Source of the DNA: a virus
Lineage: Duplodnaviria; Caudoviricetes
DNA: 64,000 nt
IMG/VR virus record: IMGVR_UViG_3300037501_000255
Reading direction: 5' to 3' (one strand)
Shown: piece by piece, positions 18,412 through 28,785 of the stretch
How the letters are laid out: each line of letters begins with the position of its first letter
How positions within the stretch are numbered: position 1 is the stretch's first letter
Program-made: the position numbers and the translations under genes
Notes under the pieces: generated by a model
What the model was told of the DNA's origin: nothing
Databases searched by the model: none
Seen by the model: only the letters and a program-made list of their open reading frames with translations

Positions 18412-20622
18412 TCATTGCTTTTCTAGAATGAGAAATTCTACCCGGCGATTCCTCTCGCGCCCGGCCCTCGTCGTATTGGGCGCAACGGGCTTAGATTCGC
18501 CATGACCCAATGAAGACAAGCGCTCTGCAGCTACGCCGGCCTTAGCCAGGAAGGCTACTACCGCCGCAGCTCTTTTTGCACTGAGGCGCTGATTGTAGGA
18601 GGTACTTCCTTCAGATGAGGTATGCCCTTCAACTGAAAGCAATCGAATCTCAGGATGTTCCTTCAAGGCAGTAACCACATCTTCAAGAACATCGAAGCTT
18701 TCTGGTCTGATGCGGTCCGAGTCAAAGAAGAAGTATATCGGCTCCAGTATAACAATACTATCTGGCCCCACGACCACTTTCTCGGTCTCGGGACAGCCAT
18801 CAGCATCCTCAAATCCGTCGAAATCCTCCGGGTCTTCTGGGCAAGCATCACTCCCGTCAAGAATACCATCCCCATCCGAATCAAGGGGCGCCGGTGGAGG
18901 GGGAGCGGGTTCTGCAACAGGAGTGACGGCAGGAGTGACCTTTTTTGGTGCAAAATCAAAGTCAAAACCAACCGTGGCCAAGGCTCTTACGTCCGGCGTG
19001 CCAACATCAGGCATTAAGCCAGAACCAACAGAGGCGGTGCCGAAGATGGGTCCGTTACGCCCCCTAAGACCAACGGTTGCTTCGAGAGGTAAAAATAAGC
19101 GATTTGAAAAGAGGTGATTTACTGAGAAGCTCCCTCCCACATCGGCAATCGCCCACAAATGATCATCAATGAGGCGCACCTGCCCACCCAAGGACGCATT
19201 GACAGTATGACCTATTTGCAGGTCTGCGACAGCCTTGGGCGCACGAAGTGTATAGCTGGTGTCCAGCATTACAGAAGCCGCCTCTCCTCCTGTCGAAAGC
19301 AGAACTCCGGGCGATACGGTTGGCAGGGATTCTCCGAGAAGCGGAAAGCCATTAGATGATACAAGCGATGTCGGTAGAGAACCTCTTAGGCTAAAGGCTG
19401 CGCGCACAGGTGAATCTCTTTCAGTCAACCTAACGCGCACACCTCCCATCATATCCTGAAGGCCTACTGCAGGTACATCACCTAAATCAAATCCCGGACC
19501 AAACGCCAGAGAAGCGGGCAAGCTGAGATCTAACTGGACGAAATCCGCAAGGCCAAATGCTGCATTTATTCTACCTGAGAATTGGTGCTCCACTAAGTTT
19601 ACGCGCTTGGCGAAGTCTGAATCCCGCAATACAACTGGAGCATGCGAGTAGTCTAGACCTGCGCTGGTCTGAAGCGTTAGTTCCGGAAGTGTATCCGCAG
19701 ACGCAGCTTGCGGTGTATCTACAGAAGATACTGGCCCCGTGATGCGATTTAATCCCTCCGCATTAACTGCGGTGGCCGCCATAAGCATAACGGACATTGC
19801 TATTGTCTTGCTACGCTTGCCGAATACAAGAAGAATGGGAAAGAGTAGCGCCAGGAATCCAATGCCAGAGCTGGGGGAGTTTGAACAGGAGAATAGTCCA
19901 GACCCAGAGACAAACAACGCCTCATCGGAGGCGCCTGCCCTATCCGGCTCACCCTCTCCCTCGGAGACCTCACCTTCACCCTCTCCCTCGCCGCCGAAAC
20001 AGGCATCGAATTCCTCATCACAAGACTCATTTTCAGGACATGGAAGGACGCTGGTTACACACAACCCATCATCGCACAGCTCATGCCCGTCACAAAACAA
20101 CCCATTTGAGCAATCATTATCGCACGTGCACTCTGGAGGGGCGGTGCAGACATTCTCTTCCTCAAGACATACCTCGCCTAAGCAAACCTCTTCGGAAGAT
20201 GATGAGCAAGTACCACCAAGGCAGGTCTCGACCCCGTTGCAAAACAGGCCGTCATCGCAGTCCTCATCACTTACACATTCCGGAGGAGAGGAGCACACAT
20301 CCGTATGTTCATCACATAGGGAGGCGTCCGCGCATGGAGGTTGCCCAGCAACACATTCTCCTAGCTCGCATACCTCACTGCCATCGCAGAAAAAACCATT
20401 GTCACAGTCAATGTCGGTCTGACATTCTGGCGGCGCCGCACAGGGACACTCTCCCAGGCAGTCACCATGCGCCAGATGCGCATCCACAGCATGCTGATCG
20501 ACCTCGATTTCATGGTGGTCATTATGACAAATCTCAACTTTTTCATGATGAGGGTTGTCGCGGTCAGGGAGCGCGCTGGCACCCCCCGCTAGTAACATCA
20601 CAGCTAACACATATCTGATCAC
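18412..20622 (-). CDS. OmpA-family protein with Cys-rich CxxDxDCDxGxFCxG repeats, EGEGEG tract, MYXO-CTERM-like segment, TSP3-like motif and OmpA C-terminal domain
   Basis: signal peptide; DSDGDGILDGSDACP; IYFFFDSDRIRP, VEGHTS, LSAKRAAAV, GHGESKP, NRRVEF. Confidence 0.9.
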   Translation of the reverse strand: MIRYVLAVMLLAGGASALPDRDNPHHEKVEICHNDHHEIEVDQHAVDAHLAHGDCLGECPCAAPPECQTDIDCDNGFFCDGSEVCELGECVAGQPPCADASLCDEHTDVCSSPPECVSDEDCDDGLFCNGVETCLGGTCSSSSEEVCLGEVCLEEENVCTAPPECTCDNDCSNGLFCDGHELCDDGLCVTSVLPCPENESCDEEFDACFGGEGEGEGEVSEGEGEPDRAGASDEALFVSGSGLFSCSNSPSSGIGFLALLFPILLVFGKRSKTIAMSVMLMAATAVNAEGLNRITGPVSSVDTPQAASADTLPELTLQTSAGLDYSHAPVVLRDSDFAKRVNLVEHQFSGRINAAFGLADFVQLDLSLPASLAFGPGFDLGDVPAVGLQDMMGGVRVRLTERDSPVRAAFSLRGSLPTSLVSSNGFPLLGESLPTVSPGVLLSTGGEAASVMLDTSYTLRAPKAVADLQIGHTVNASLGGQVRLIDDHLWAIADVGGSFSVNHLFSNRLFLPLEATVGLRGRNGPIFGTASVGSGLMPDVGTPDVRALATVGFDFDFAPKKVTPAVTPVAEPAPPPPAPLDSDGDGILDGSDACPEDPEDFDGFEDADGCPETEKVVVGPDSIVILEPIYFFFDSDRIRPESFDVLEDVVTALKEHPEIRLLSVEGHTSSEGSTSYNQRLSAKRAAAVVAFLAKAGVAAERLSSLGHGESKPVAPNTTRAGRERNRRVEFLILEKQ

Positions 20623-21373
20623 ATTTCCTCCATAGATGTACGAGATTTAGAGTAAGAAGTTCTCGCTTTCACAGTAAAGTACCTAATATCTCCGGCCTCA
20701 TATCTGGCGCATGCCAGATGACCTCCGAAGACACAACCTAGATCCAAACCAGTTGCATGCGGGAATTGGACCGGCTTCTGTTCGCGAACAAATGGCTCGT
20801 GATCAAAAAAGATATGTCCAAATCTGCCGTCGTATACATCTGCCCAAAAACGACAATCTGGACGCTCAGCGCCCAGACGCACCATGTTGCCAGCGGGATC
20901 AACGTGGCGCACATACATTATCTGAGCATCATACTTGGACCATGAACCAGTATCCTTTGGCAATGAGCGCATGTTGGGAGTCACTCCCGCATGCAGTACT
21001 ACAATATCGGTATCGGGCACATGATACAATAGTTTTGCAGAGTCAAGAAATGAAACGTCCAATTCAGACAATTGTTCTGTAATGGTCTGCAGCTCGCTAT
21101 TGTGCTGGATCATATCTCTAGCGACTCTGGGCTGTTTGATCAGGTTACGCCGGTAACGACCGTGCTTGTATTCGTGATTTCCGCATACAAGGATAACTCT
21201 CTGTACGAGCGAAAGCTCGCGAAAAAACCGCACCACAGCCGGACTATCCGGCCCACGATCTACCAAGTCTCCAGCCACGACGATTGCGTCATCGACCTTG
21301 GGGGCAGCAACTGCAAAAGCTCTTGCAATTCCTCTATGCACCCATGTATATCAGTAAAGATATAGTATGCCAC
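20619..21373 (-). CDS. Ser/Thr (Prp/ApaH-like) phosphatase, frameshift in C-run near 21300
   Basis: FTDIHGC / GDLVDRGPDS, GNHE, LHAG, GLDLGCVFGGHL. Confidence 0.9.
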
Positions 21374-21406
21374 ATAAACCCATATATACAAGAGGTTTAC
21401 TGAAGA

Positions 21407-21811
21407 TCAGGGAAACTTCAAGTCCTTGATCTTGTCCAGCGCAACCCCTACTTTTTTCTTCGCGGAATCTATTTTCTTCTTACGTTGGAGAAAGTCTTCA
21501 CTCTCCTTCTCCAGAGCCTGGTATGATTCCAGGATAGATGCTACCGTCTTGGCATCAGCCCCGTACCACCAGACTGTGCTGTAGTTCTTTGGAAAAACCA
21601 GATTTTCCACTATTGATGTAATGAATTCAAGTTCAAATCCATCAACGCAGATGGCGGTCACGTCGACAGCATCGACAGTTTTTGGAAGGGAGAGTTTCCT
21701 GCCAACCTTCCACTCGGCCACACGATTACCCGAATTATCGAACATTAACAACATACTTGCCCCGTTTACTGGAGAACCACCGCGCGAAGTTTTTGCTATA
21801 GGCCGGAGCAA
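21407..21811 (-). CDS. hypothetical protein
   Basis: ORF in minus-strand run; start uncertain. Confidence 0.55.
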   Translation of the reverse strand: MLRPIAKTSRGGSPVNGASMLLMFDNSGNRVAEWKVGRKLSLPKTVDAVDVTAICVDGFELEFITSIVENLVFPKNYSTVWWYGADAKTVASILESYQALEKESEDFLQRKKKIDSAKKKVGVALDKIKDLKFP

Positions 21812-22154
21812 GCCTATTCAGCTCACCCAACCCATCACGATCAAAGATCGATTTTAGAGAATTACATTGGCGACATAGGATGTCGACATTTTCTGGTGTA
21901 TAGCCACAGCTAGCGTCAAACCTATCTACAGACCTCGCTCTGGGGTCATTGATCTCATCTGAGAATTTGGCGAAGCATATAGGGCAGTGCGGTGTATTGT
22001 ACCATAGTGCCCTTAAAAGGTCAGCAGAAATACTACACTCAATACCTTTGGATGAGGCTCTTCTTTTGAGATGCTTTCTAAGCTTGGAGAATCCTGACAT
22101 GATGCACCGCATATTTATGGAATCACCTCTCTTCTGAGAGGTCGAGATCTTCAA
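21735..22154 (-). CDS. phage HNH-type endonuclease
   Basis: CPIC..SVDRFD..GYTPENV..LCRQCNSLK. Confidence 0.8.
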   Translation of the reverse strand: MKISTSQKRGDSINMRCIMSGFSKLRKHLKRRASSKGIECSISADLLRALWYNTPHCPICFAKFSDEINDPRARSVDRFDASCGYTPENVDILCRQCNSLKSIFDRDGLGELNRLAPAYSKNFARWFSSKRGKYVVNVR

Positions 22155-22551
22155 TATACCCAGGTATAGCCACGTATGGATTCAGATGCAGTGCGTTTGA
22201 GAATATGGTGCCGTAGTTACGCTCAAAAATAGCAAAATCAGATGGGTCGAGTTGGCAAACGCACAGGTCCATGATATGTTCGTATGCTGATGTTAGACGT
22301 TCTTCCCAGACGGGAGCAAGCTCGTATCCTATGTCAGCAATCTTCTTTGCCGTGATCGCAATACTGCACCATGCAAAAAAAAGCTGAAGACATGTATCTA
22401 ACTCTGATCTGTCAAGAACCCGCAATACCCGGCGGGCTCGCTCATCAGCAATATCCTCATCGTTGAGCCTGGAAAGCAACAACGCAGCCTGCTCTACGCG
22501 GACAATGAACTCCTCGCGCATTTTGCGCCTAAATTTCAACAATGGCCACAT
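22123..22551 (-). CDS. hypothetical protein
   Basis: ATG ORF, packed. Confidence 0.6.
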   Translation of the reverse strand: MWPLLKFRRKMREEFIVRVEQAALLLSRLNDEDIADERARRVLRVLDRSELDTCLQLFFAWCSIAITAKKIADIGYELAPVWEERLTSAYEHIMDLCVCQLDPSDFAIFERNYGTIFSNALHLNPYVAIPGYIEDLDLSEER

Positions 22552-22553
22552 GG

Positions 22554-22796
22554 CTACTGCATTGCAGAGATGATTGTGTCAGACTGTTTCTCAACTAGTT
22601 CGCGAGCCAGCACGAGCTTTTTGGTCGTCTCCAGGCGCTTTTCATCAGAACAATCCTCACCGAGCTGCCTAGTAAGCAGATGCGTGCAATTCATATTCCA
22701 CGTGAGATATGTCAGCTGTGTTTTAATTACCGGATTACCATATGGCCAAAAAATACCCGGCGCAAGACATTCATCCATATCAAACTCCCCTCGCAA
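22554..22796 (-). CDS. hypothetical protein
   Basis: packed ORF. Confidence 0.5.
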   Translation of the reverse strand: MRGEFDMDECLAPGIFWPYGNPVIKTQLTYLTWNMNCTHLLTRQLGEDCSDEKRLETTKKLVLARELVEKQSDTIISAMQ

Positions 22797-22995
22797 AGCT
22801 TAGCCACCGGCCTGCCGGTGTCAATAGCCCATAACATCCTCGGGCGCTACAACCATTGTCTGCGATAAATCCGTTAGAAGCAAAGCTTCTGGGTCGGCAT
22901 TAAACTTTTCAGTTGCTGAAAATTGTTGAATTGCCATGGCCAAGGTGTCAGCATAAAGGTCAGATTCAGTGCTGAAGTTGTCCATTTTTCGATTC

Positions 22996-23472
22996 CTACA
23001 GGAGAGCGCCCGTAAAGTTAAGGGGACGAGTTTGGTCGGTGCTGAATTTTGGAATATACTGCTGAGTGAACAATACAGGATCTACAGCAAGTACAGGCAA
23101 TTCATGTGGGCGACAGGAGACGACCTCGTCTCCTTCCTTGAAGAACAACCTGCCGGCCCCTGCCTGAGTCAGTAAATTCACGCAAAGAGGACATGGCCGA
23201 CTATCTCGACAATCATCAGAAGCTTGAGCGCGGTTAAATCTGTAGATACAGATTTTGTCGCCGTTCAGATTAAAACCGCTTTTTCTAACAAGGTCCACCT
23301 CGGCATGTAGACTGCAGTTGAAATAACTGAAGTCGCGCCGGTACTTGATGCCATTAACGCCGTAGCTAACAACATGGCCGCCGCGAATTTGCAGCGCGGC
23401 AACCAAGTGCTGCTCTTCGTTACTAAATCTCCGAGCCACGCGCTCGGCAAATGCCATGTGATTGTAGTACAT
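22996..23472 (-). CDS. Zn-dependent cytidine/adenosine deaminase (TadA/dCMP deaminase fold)
   Basis: LHAEVD and SRPCPLC Zn motifs. Confidence 0.88.
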   Translation of the reverse strand: MYYNHMAFAERVARRFSNEEQHLVAALQIRGGHVVSYGVNGIKYRRDFSYFNCSLHAEVDLVRKSGFNLNGDKICIYRFNRAQASDDCRDSRPCPLCVNLLTQAGAGRLFFKEGDEVVSCRPHELPVLAVDPVLFTQQYIPKFSTDQTRPLNFTGALL

Positions 23473-23537
23473 ATCACCTACACCATATAGAAAGTGTCCA
23501 CCAAAGCCAATCAAATCTATACTCTACAGCAAAGAAC

Positions 23538-24203
23538 CTATAGACACACAGTGTCTTTGGAAAGAGAAGCGGCTGTCGGCAGCGCGAGAGCATCGTCTCC
23601 ATCATGGGGACCTTCGGCCATAATCTTTTTACGAATGACCTTTTCCAGGCCAGGGTTGATAACCAAAGCCTCTGGCACAATGCAGTGCCGGATTCGATTG
23701 CGAGCATATGCGGTATCCGAATTCGAAGCATCCTCGGCCCATGCTACGCCATGACGCGAACACCATGAAATCAATTCTGACTTAGGGGTCAGTCTGAATG
23801 GGCGAATGACATTCTTGTTGCGGTAAGGAATAATCTTTCCCTCACCATGAAGAGAGGAGAAGATCCATGTCTCAATACAGTCGTTGAGATTGTGGGCGGT
23901 GATTACTGGTAGCTGAAGGGAATGAAGAAATGCATAGCGCTCATTTCGCCAGTATTCCTCCCGCGACTCTCGAGCCATGCGCCCGCGCTGCACACAGCCT
24001 GTAGTCAATTCAAGGCCGTACTTTTCGCAGAAAGCGCGCACAAATTCTTCAGTTTGTGCGGAATGTTGCGTGCCATGATTAAAGTAGGCAACGCGAGGTT
24101 TTGTTGCGCGTCGCATTAGAAAGGAGAGTGCTGCCATGCTGTCTACGCCGCCAGAGCATGCGACATAAAAGTCGTGTGGAATCTTGCCTTCAAGCCGGAT
24201 CAT
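23538..24203 (-). CDS. tilS: tRNA(Ile)-lysidine synthetase, N-terminal catalytic domain only
   Basis: VACSGGVDSMA, YFNHG, RNERY, TAHNLNDCIET, IRPF..K, EDASN..Y.RNRIRH. Confidence 0.93.
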   Translation of the reverse strand: MIRLEGKIPHDFYVACSGGVDSMAALSFLMRRATKPRVAYFNHGTQHSAQTEEFVRAFCEKYGLELTTGCVQRGRMARESREEYWRNERYAFLHSLQLPVITAHNLNDCIETWIFSSLHGEGKIIPYRNKNVIRPFRLTPKSELISWCSRHGVAWAEDASNSDTAYARNRIRHCIVPEALVINPGLEKVIRKKIMAEGPHDGDDALALPTAASLSKDTVCL

Positions 24204-24221
24204 GGTGCACCTGTGGTAAAA

Positions 24222-24304
24222 TGGTGGGCCAGGTGGGATTTGAACCCACATTTTCAGAACCAATTACCCTTACTCCGTTATGAGCGGAGCGCGACTACTG
24301 GCCC
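24222..24304 (-). tRNA. CAT-anticodon tRNA (Ile2-like) lacking a D-arm, with a 23-nt variable region
   Basis: GGGCCAG/CTGGCCC-ACCA, 8-nt linker TAGTCGCG, CTCCG-CTCATAA-CGGAG, GTGGG-TTCAAAT-CCCAC. Confidence 0.75.
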
Positions 24305-24390
24305 GTATCCATACGGCGCTGCCGCCATCCAACAGACACAATCCTTTATTTCAGAACAGCCCACAGGGGGCTGTTAATTAATTCATGCGC

Positions 24391-25212
24391 TTATAAATGG
24401 TTAAAATCTTCTCGCAACTCATTTACGCAGTCTGCAAAAGCAGGTGTTCGCTCAATATGATCTACCCAGGCCAGCCCTCGCTCAGCTAGGTTGACTTCTT
24501 TTTTTATGTGGGCGCCAGGAATAGGCGAACCGTTGTCATCAAAGTCTCTGCCCATAAGCCAGACCTTGTCTGAAATCTGAACTGATGAACCTATGTCGTG
24601 AGTCACAACAACAATAGTCATCAACTCATCCATGGCTGCGACATCTCGGATTAGTCGACACGCTTGATCTTTCATTACCGGGTCTAGTCCAGAGAATGGC
24701 TCGTCCATCAGCAAATACCTTGACCCTGCCATAAGCTGCTGAGCAATTGCGACCCTCTGTCGTTGGCCGCCAGAAATTTCCGCCGCATAATGCAGAGCCT
24801 TATCCTCCAGTTTAAAATGGCTCAGGAGCGACCTTGCTTTATCATCGAGCTCTGAGCCTTCTAGACCAGCAATCTGTCCCGCCACAATGAGATTTGACCA
24901 GACAGTTCTGTGCTCAAAAAGCGGGTATGTTTGAGCGACAACTCCGACCATGCCCGGCTTGACCGGGGTCTTCTGAACTCCGACTGTCACCGTCCCAGAG
25001 TCTGGCTTCGAAAGTCCGGCAAGAATTTTGAATAGCTGAGTTTTGCCAACACCGGAGGGTCCTAGCAGACCTACAACCTGACCCTGAGAATGTCCGGGGC
25101 GATGAACGTTGTGGATGGAAAGATTCACGTCTCTGAGAATCTGGGTGCCGCCAAGACTCAGATTTACACCGGAAGCTTCAAGCAGAACGTCGCTGTAGTG
25201 AAACGCATTCAT
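24391..25212 (-). CDS. ABC transporter ATPase (TauB/NrtD-like)
   Basis: GPSGVGKT, ISGGQRQRVAIA, LLMDEPFSGLD, VTHD. Confidence 0.95.
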   Translation of the reverse strand: MNAFHYSDVLLEASGVNLSLGGTQILRDVNLSIHNVHRPGHSQGQVVGLLGPSGVGKTQLFKILAGLSKPDSGTVTVGVQKTPVKPGMVGVVAQTYPLFEHRTVWSNLIVAGQIAGLEGSELDDKARSLLSHFKLEDKALHYAAEISGGQRQRVAIAQQLMAGSRYLLMDEPFSGLDPVMKDQACRLIRDVAAMDELMTIVVVTHDIGSSVQISDKVWLMGRDFDDNGSPIPGAHIKKEVNLAERGLAWVDHIERTPAFADCVNELREDFNHL

Positions 25213-25982
25213 GTTTTGATATTCCTGAGATCGGAGTACGGACACAGCAGCCTTCGGACCCAATTTATAGCATAGTCCTGTAGAAGGCCGAGTGCAAGAA
25301 TGATAAACTGCAATGCAAAAACAGAGCTTAGATTAAAATGCTTGTTTTCATTCAGGAGCATTGTGCCAAGTCCGCCTTCGGACCTAACAAGACCCTCAAC
25401 CATCGTAAGCATCATCCAGCCAATCGCAGCATTCTGTCGAACAATCTCAATAGCCTCATGCATCGTTCCCAGAACAACGACCTCCCAAACAGTACGCCAT
25501 TCGGACATGCCAAGAGTCCTTGCATGATCAAGTTTTTCTTGCGGAATTGAGCGAACAACCGATGACATTCCGGTCACTAGAAATACAGACATGCCGAAGA
25601 CAAGAAGTCCAAGCTTCAATTCATGGCCTGCCAGTGCAAGGCCGAAAAGGAACGTAAGGCCAGTTAGACCCAAAAACCTGAGCTTAGCAAAGAATTCAAC
25701 CGGAGGTCTAAATGCCGGAAGGACTGTAATGTATGCCAGCCCCAGGCTTATGACGGTAGAAAGTCCGATGGCTTCTAGATTCAGCCAAAGACTTGTGAGA
25801 AGATCTTGAAGAAGACCGCCGTTCCACAAATGCGGAACGGCGGAAAGCACGTCAACCGGACCTGGGATGATAGCAGATGGACTTAGTCCCCACGCGACAA
25901 ACAGGGCGGTAGCCCATGTCGCATAAAGCATGCGACGAAGATTTTTCGTCACCACTCTGTGCGGATTAACCAAGTCCATCAT
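25209..25982 (-). CDS. ABC transporter permease (TauC/NrtB-like)
   Basis: multiple TM segments; IPQEKLDHARTLG EAA-like loop, EGLV..GGLG. Confidence 0.92.
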   Translation of the reverse strand: MMDLVNPHRVVTKNLRRMLYATWATALFVAWGLSPSAIIPGPVDVLSAVPHLWNGGLLQDLLTSLWLNLEAIGLSTVISLGLAYITVLPAFRPPVEFFAKLRFLGLTGLTFLFGLALAGHELKLGLLVFGMSVFLVTGMSSVVRSIPQEKLDHARTLGMSEWRTVWEVVVLGTMHEAIEIVRQNAAIGWMMLTMVEGLVRSEGGLGTMLLNENKHFNLSSVFALQFIILALGLLQDYAINWVRRLLCPYSDLRNIKT

Positions 25983-25994
25983 GCCACTCTCCTA

Positions 25995-27808
25995 TTAGCG
26001 GTTCGACTTAAGGATGATATCAACTCGCCGATTCTTGGCTCGACCATCAGGCGTATCATTGGGAGCGGCCGGAGAATCTTGGCCATGAGCCACTACAACC
26101 AGTCGCCCGCTTGGGAAGTTAGCTGGCGCAGTTCGCTCAAGGAAGGACTTGACAGCATTTGCACGAGCAAGAGATAGAACTTTGTTGCTCTCGGGGTTTC
26201 CGACATTATCGGTGTGTCCGTGAATCTCAACCACGGTATCGCTAGCAACAACGAGGGCCTTGGTCAGATCATCAAGCTGAGACGAAGCGCCCTTGCCAAA
26301 AGTTGCCTTTGCAGTATCAAAAGTGATGTGCCACGAACGCTTAGCGATTACCTCGCTCGTCACAGGGGCCTCGGTAAACACGGGTGCATCAACAACACCC
26401 TTGGTCGCTCCACTTTCAAGAATAGACTGAATGAACGAAGTGTTCAGAATATCGGTAACGGGAGGGTAAGACGGCAGGTCGGCAGGATACTGCTGCTTAG
26501 CAATATCGCCAAACAGAGTGTAGGTTGCAGCGTAGGCATTAGCGGCACCCGGCTCAAGACCAAAGTACCGCACGTTATCAGCCAGATTGAATACGCGAGA
26601 ACCGCCGAGGGACACTAGGTTGCCCTGAGCATCCTCCTCTTCGACACCGCGATAATACTTGGCCCAATATGCCCCAGTCTCTTCCTTATAGATTTTAGCA
26701 CTAGCGTCACCAGCCCGGCGAAGCACAGTCATGCCACCACTCTTGACCAGATCGCCACCCTCAAAGATGGCCCTAAGCATACCTTCGACCACAGGCCGGT
26801 TCTCGCTATTCCACTTCTTGATACCAATGATTGCATTGGCCATCTGGCTGCCATTCTCTCGGGTAGAAAGAACACTCACCAGACCGCCCTTCTTCTTAGC
26901 AACAGCAACATCGCCAGGAGTCCAGGTAACAACGCCGTTCACGCAAACATTGCGGGTTTCGCCAACTCGCTTGCCATTCTTGACAACGGGGCGGTCTTCA
27001 CAACATGCACCCTGAATATACTTCTCATCAGCCTCAACAAAGGAAGGGGTGCTTACCCAATTGAGGCAATCGGGGTCATAGGTGGTGGGGTCAGGGTTGT
27101 TGCAAATCTCGTTCTCTGCAGCCCAGAACATAGCAATGTTCCAATCGCCATCCTTGAGAACTCCGGCCACAAGCAAGCCTCGGCCATTCTTGGCATCCTG
27201 AGCCACAGCCGGCGGGGCCATGAATTTATCTTCACCAAAGGAGCGACCAGCACTACCAACAATCTCAGCAGTATACTCGGGACCAAGCTGAGACAGCTGA
27301 GAATTGAGGCCAGCGAAAAATGCGGGACCAGCATCACCCATGATAGTGACAAAGTTGGCGCCATTCGTACAGTTCTTCTTGCCGGAAGCGAGCTGACTTG
27401 CGCAAGTTACAAGTTCGGACTGCATCTTGCTATAGTCATCCTGTCGCTCAATATCAAGATTGAGCCCGTGCTTCTGCATCAGGTAGTTCGAGGGCCGCCG
27501 TTAGCGAGAGCGAGACCCATCTGACTATTCCAGGGAATAACCAGCATCTTTACCTTAGCCCCACCCTTAGCCAGAGCGTCAGATGGCAGCGAAAGGTCCT
27601 CGGGAGCCTTGGTAGCCGGGGCGGCGCCCTCCTTGAAATCTTCGAGTTCCTCGGCCTTGGTGGGAACCACGGACGCCATGCGGGCATCCCCGTGGTTCAC
27701 CACATACCAACGAGCACCAAAAACACCCATGCCAATGACAAGGGCTGCGGCAAGAACCTTGGGACCGGTCTTGACCTTAACACGACGACGAATATCACTC
27801 ATTTTCAA
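25995..27808 (-). CDS. periplasmic substrate-binding protein fused to an OmpA C-terminal domain; split by a frameshift near 27485
   Basis: N-part with TM anchor ..IPWNSQMGLALANGGPRT; C-part GRSFGEDK, VTWTPGD, FDTAKA, IHGHTDNVG, LSLARANAV, NRRVDI. Confidence 0.85.
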
Positions 27809-28785
27809 CTCCTGTGAAACAAAGCATGGACATTATCTTGAGGGATCTGGTGAGGCTGAACCCCACCTGAGAGGAACTGATCTGTCTTCCTCTCAAGAAG
27901 CTCGAGCTTCTCGAGCGCCTCTTGCTCAAATACGAGGTTATCTAGGTCGACTGAGGCAATGAAGCCCTGAGAGACTTCCATGAAATTCTCGATCTCGCCA
28001 ACCTTGCGAGCATAATCATCTGCAAGATGATCCATAGCCTGATCATAAAGAGCTCGCTTATCCGGGTCGCCTCGCAAAATCTTCATCGCAGCAGTAAATG
28101 CGCCGTAGCTAGCACGAATTGCGTTTCGCTCCTGCTCCTTCACTTCGACTTCATTGGTCATATCCTGAATCATGATATCGGAAACTTCACGAAGCTTAGA
28201 GAGATTCTTGTATAGAAGCTGCATCTTGGTGAGCATACCCTGCAGCGTTACATTGCTCTGCTCCAGACGACCTGCCTTGCGGGCGTTAAGCACGAATGCG
28301 GAGCGCTGTTCTTGTTCCTTTGCAGCGGCGGCAAGCTTCATGCTGTGCCGACTCTCATTCGCATTCTTCTCGATGAGCCCCTGAACTCGCTGAATGTGAC
28401 CCTTGAGATTGCTAATCTGCTGCTCCATCACAGACTGGTTTTTAACCAAATCCATGATGTAGTTTTTGAGAATACCAATCGGATCAATCTCAACAAAAAA
28501 GCCAGTAATTGCCCTCATCACACTCCTGAACATATAGACTGTCAGAGTGCGGATATTTGAATTCCAGATCGGAGAGGTTAGCACTACTAGCGCTGCACCG
28601 AGCAACGAAGCGTGCAAAGTGTTCTGCAGGATTAGGATGATGTACGGGAGCAGCTTGTAAAGCGCAAATCCGCCACCGACCAGTCCGGCCAAAATGAAAA
28701 GAAGCCCGGTTTTACCCTCAGGCTTCTCCCAGAAAGATTTGTCAGCAATGTTGCTGAGGTTGTCATGAATATCAGACACGGCCAA
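27805..28785 (-). CDS. PspA/IM30-like coiled-coil protein with two N-terminal TM helices
   Basis: hydrophobic N-terminus, DPIGIL, long heptad region. Confidence 0.65.
   Translation of the reverse strand: MAVSDIHDNLSNIADKSFWEKPEGKTGLLFILAGLVGGGFALYKLLPYIILILQNTLHASLLGAALVVLTSPIWNSNIRTLTVYMFRSVMRAITGFFVEIDPIGILKNYIMDLVKNQSVMEQQISNLKGHIQRVQGLIEKNANESRHSMKLAAAAKEQEQRSAFVLNARKAGRLEQSNVTLQGMLTKMQLLYKNLSKLREVSDIMIQDMTNEVEVKEQERNAIRASYGAFTAAMKILRGDPDKRALYDQAMDHLADDYARKVGEIENFMEVSQGFIASVDLDNLVFEQEALEKLELLERKTDQFLSGGVQPHQIPQDNVHALFHRS

Noticed and set aside
18655-20618. Long antisense ORFs opposite the OmpA protein, ClpB, the ABC cluster and Ro60
   Set aside because: Shadow frames of GC-rich coding genes; low-complexity S/H/R-rich translations.
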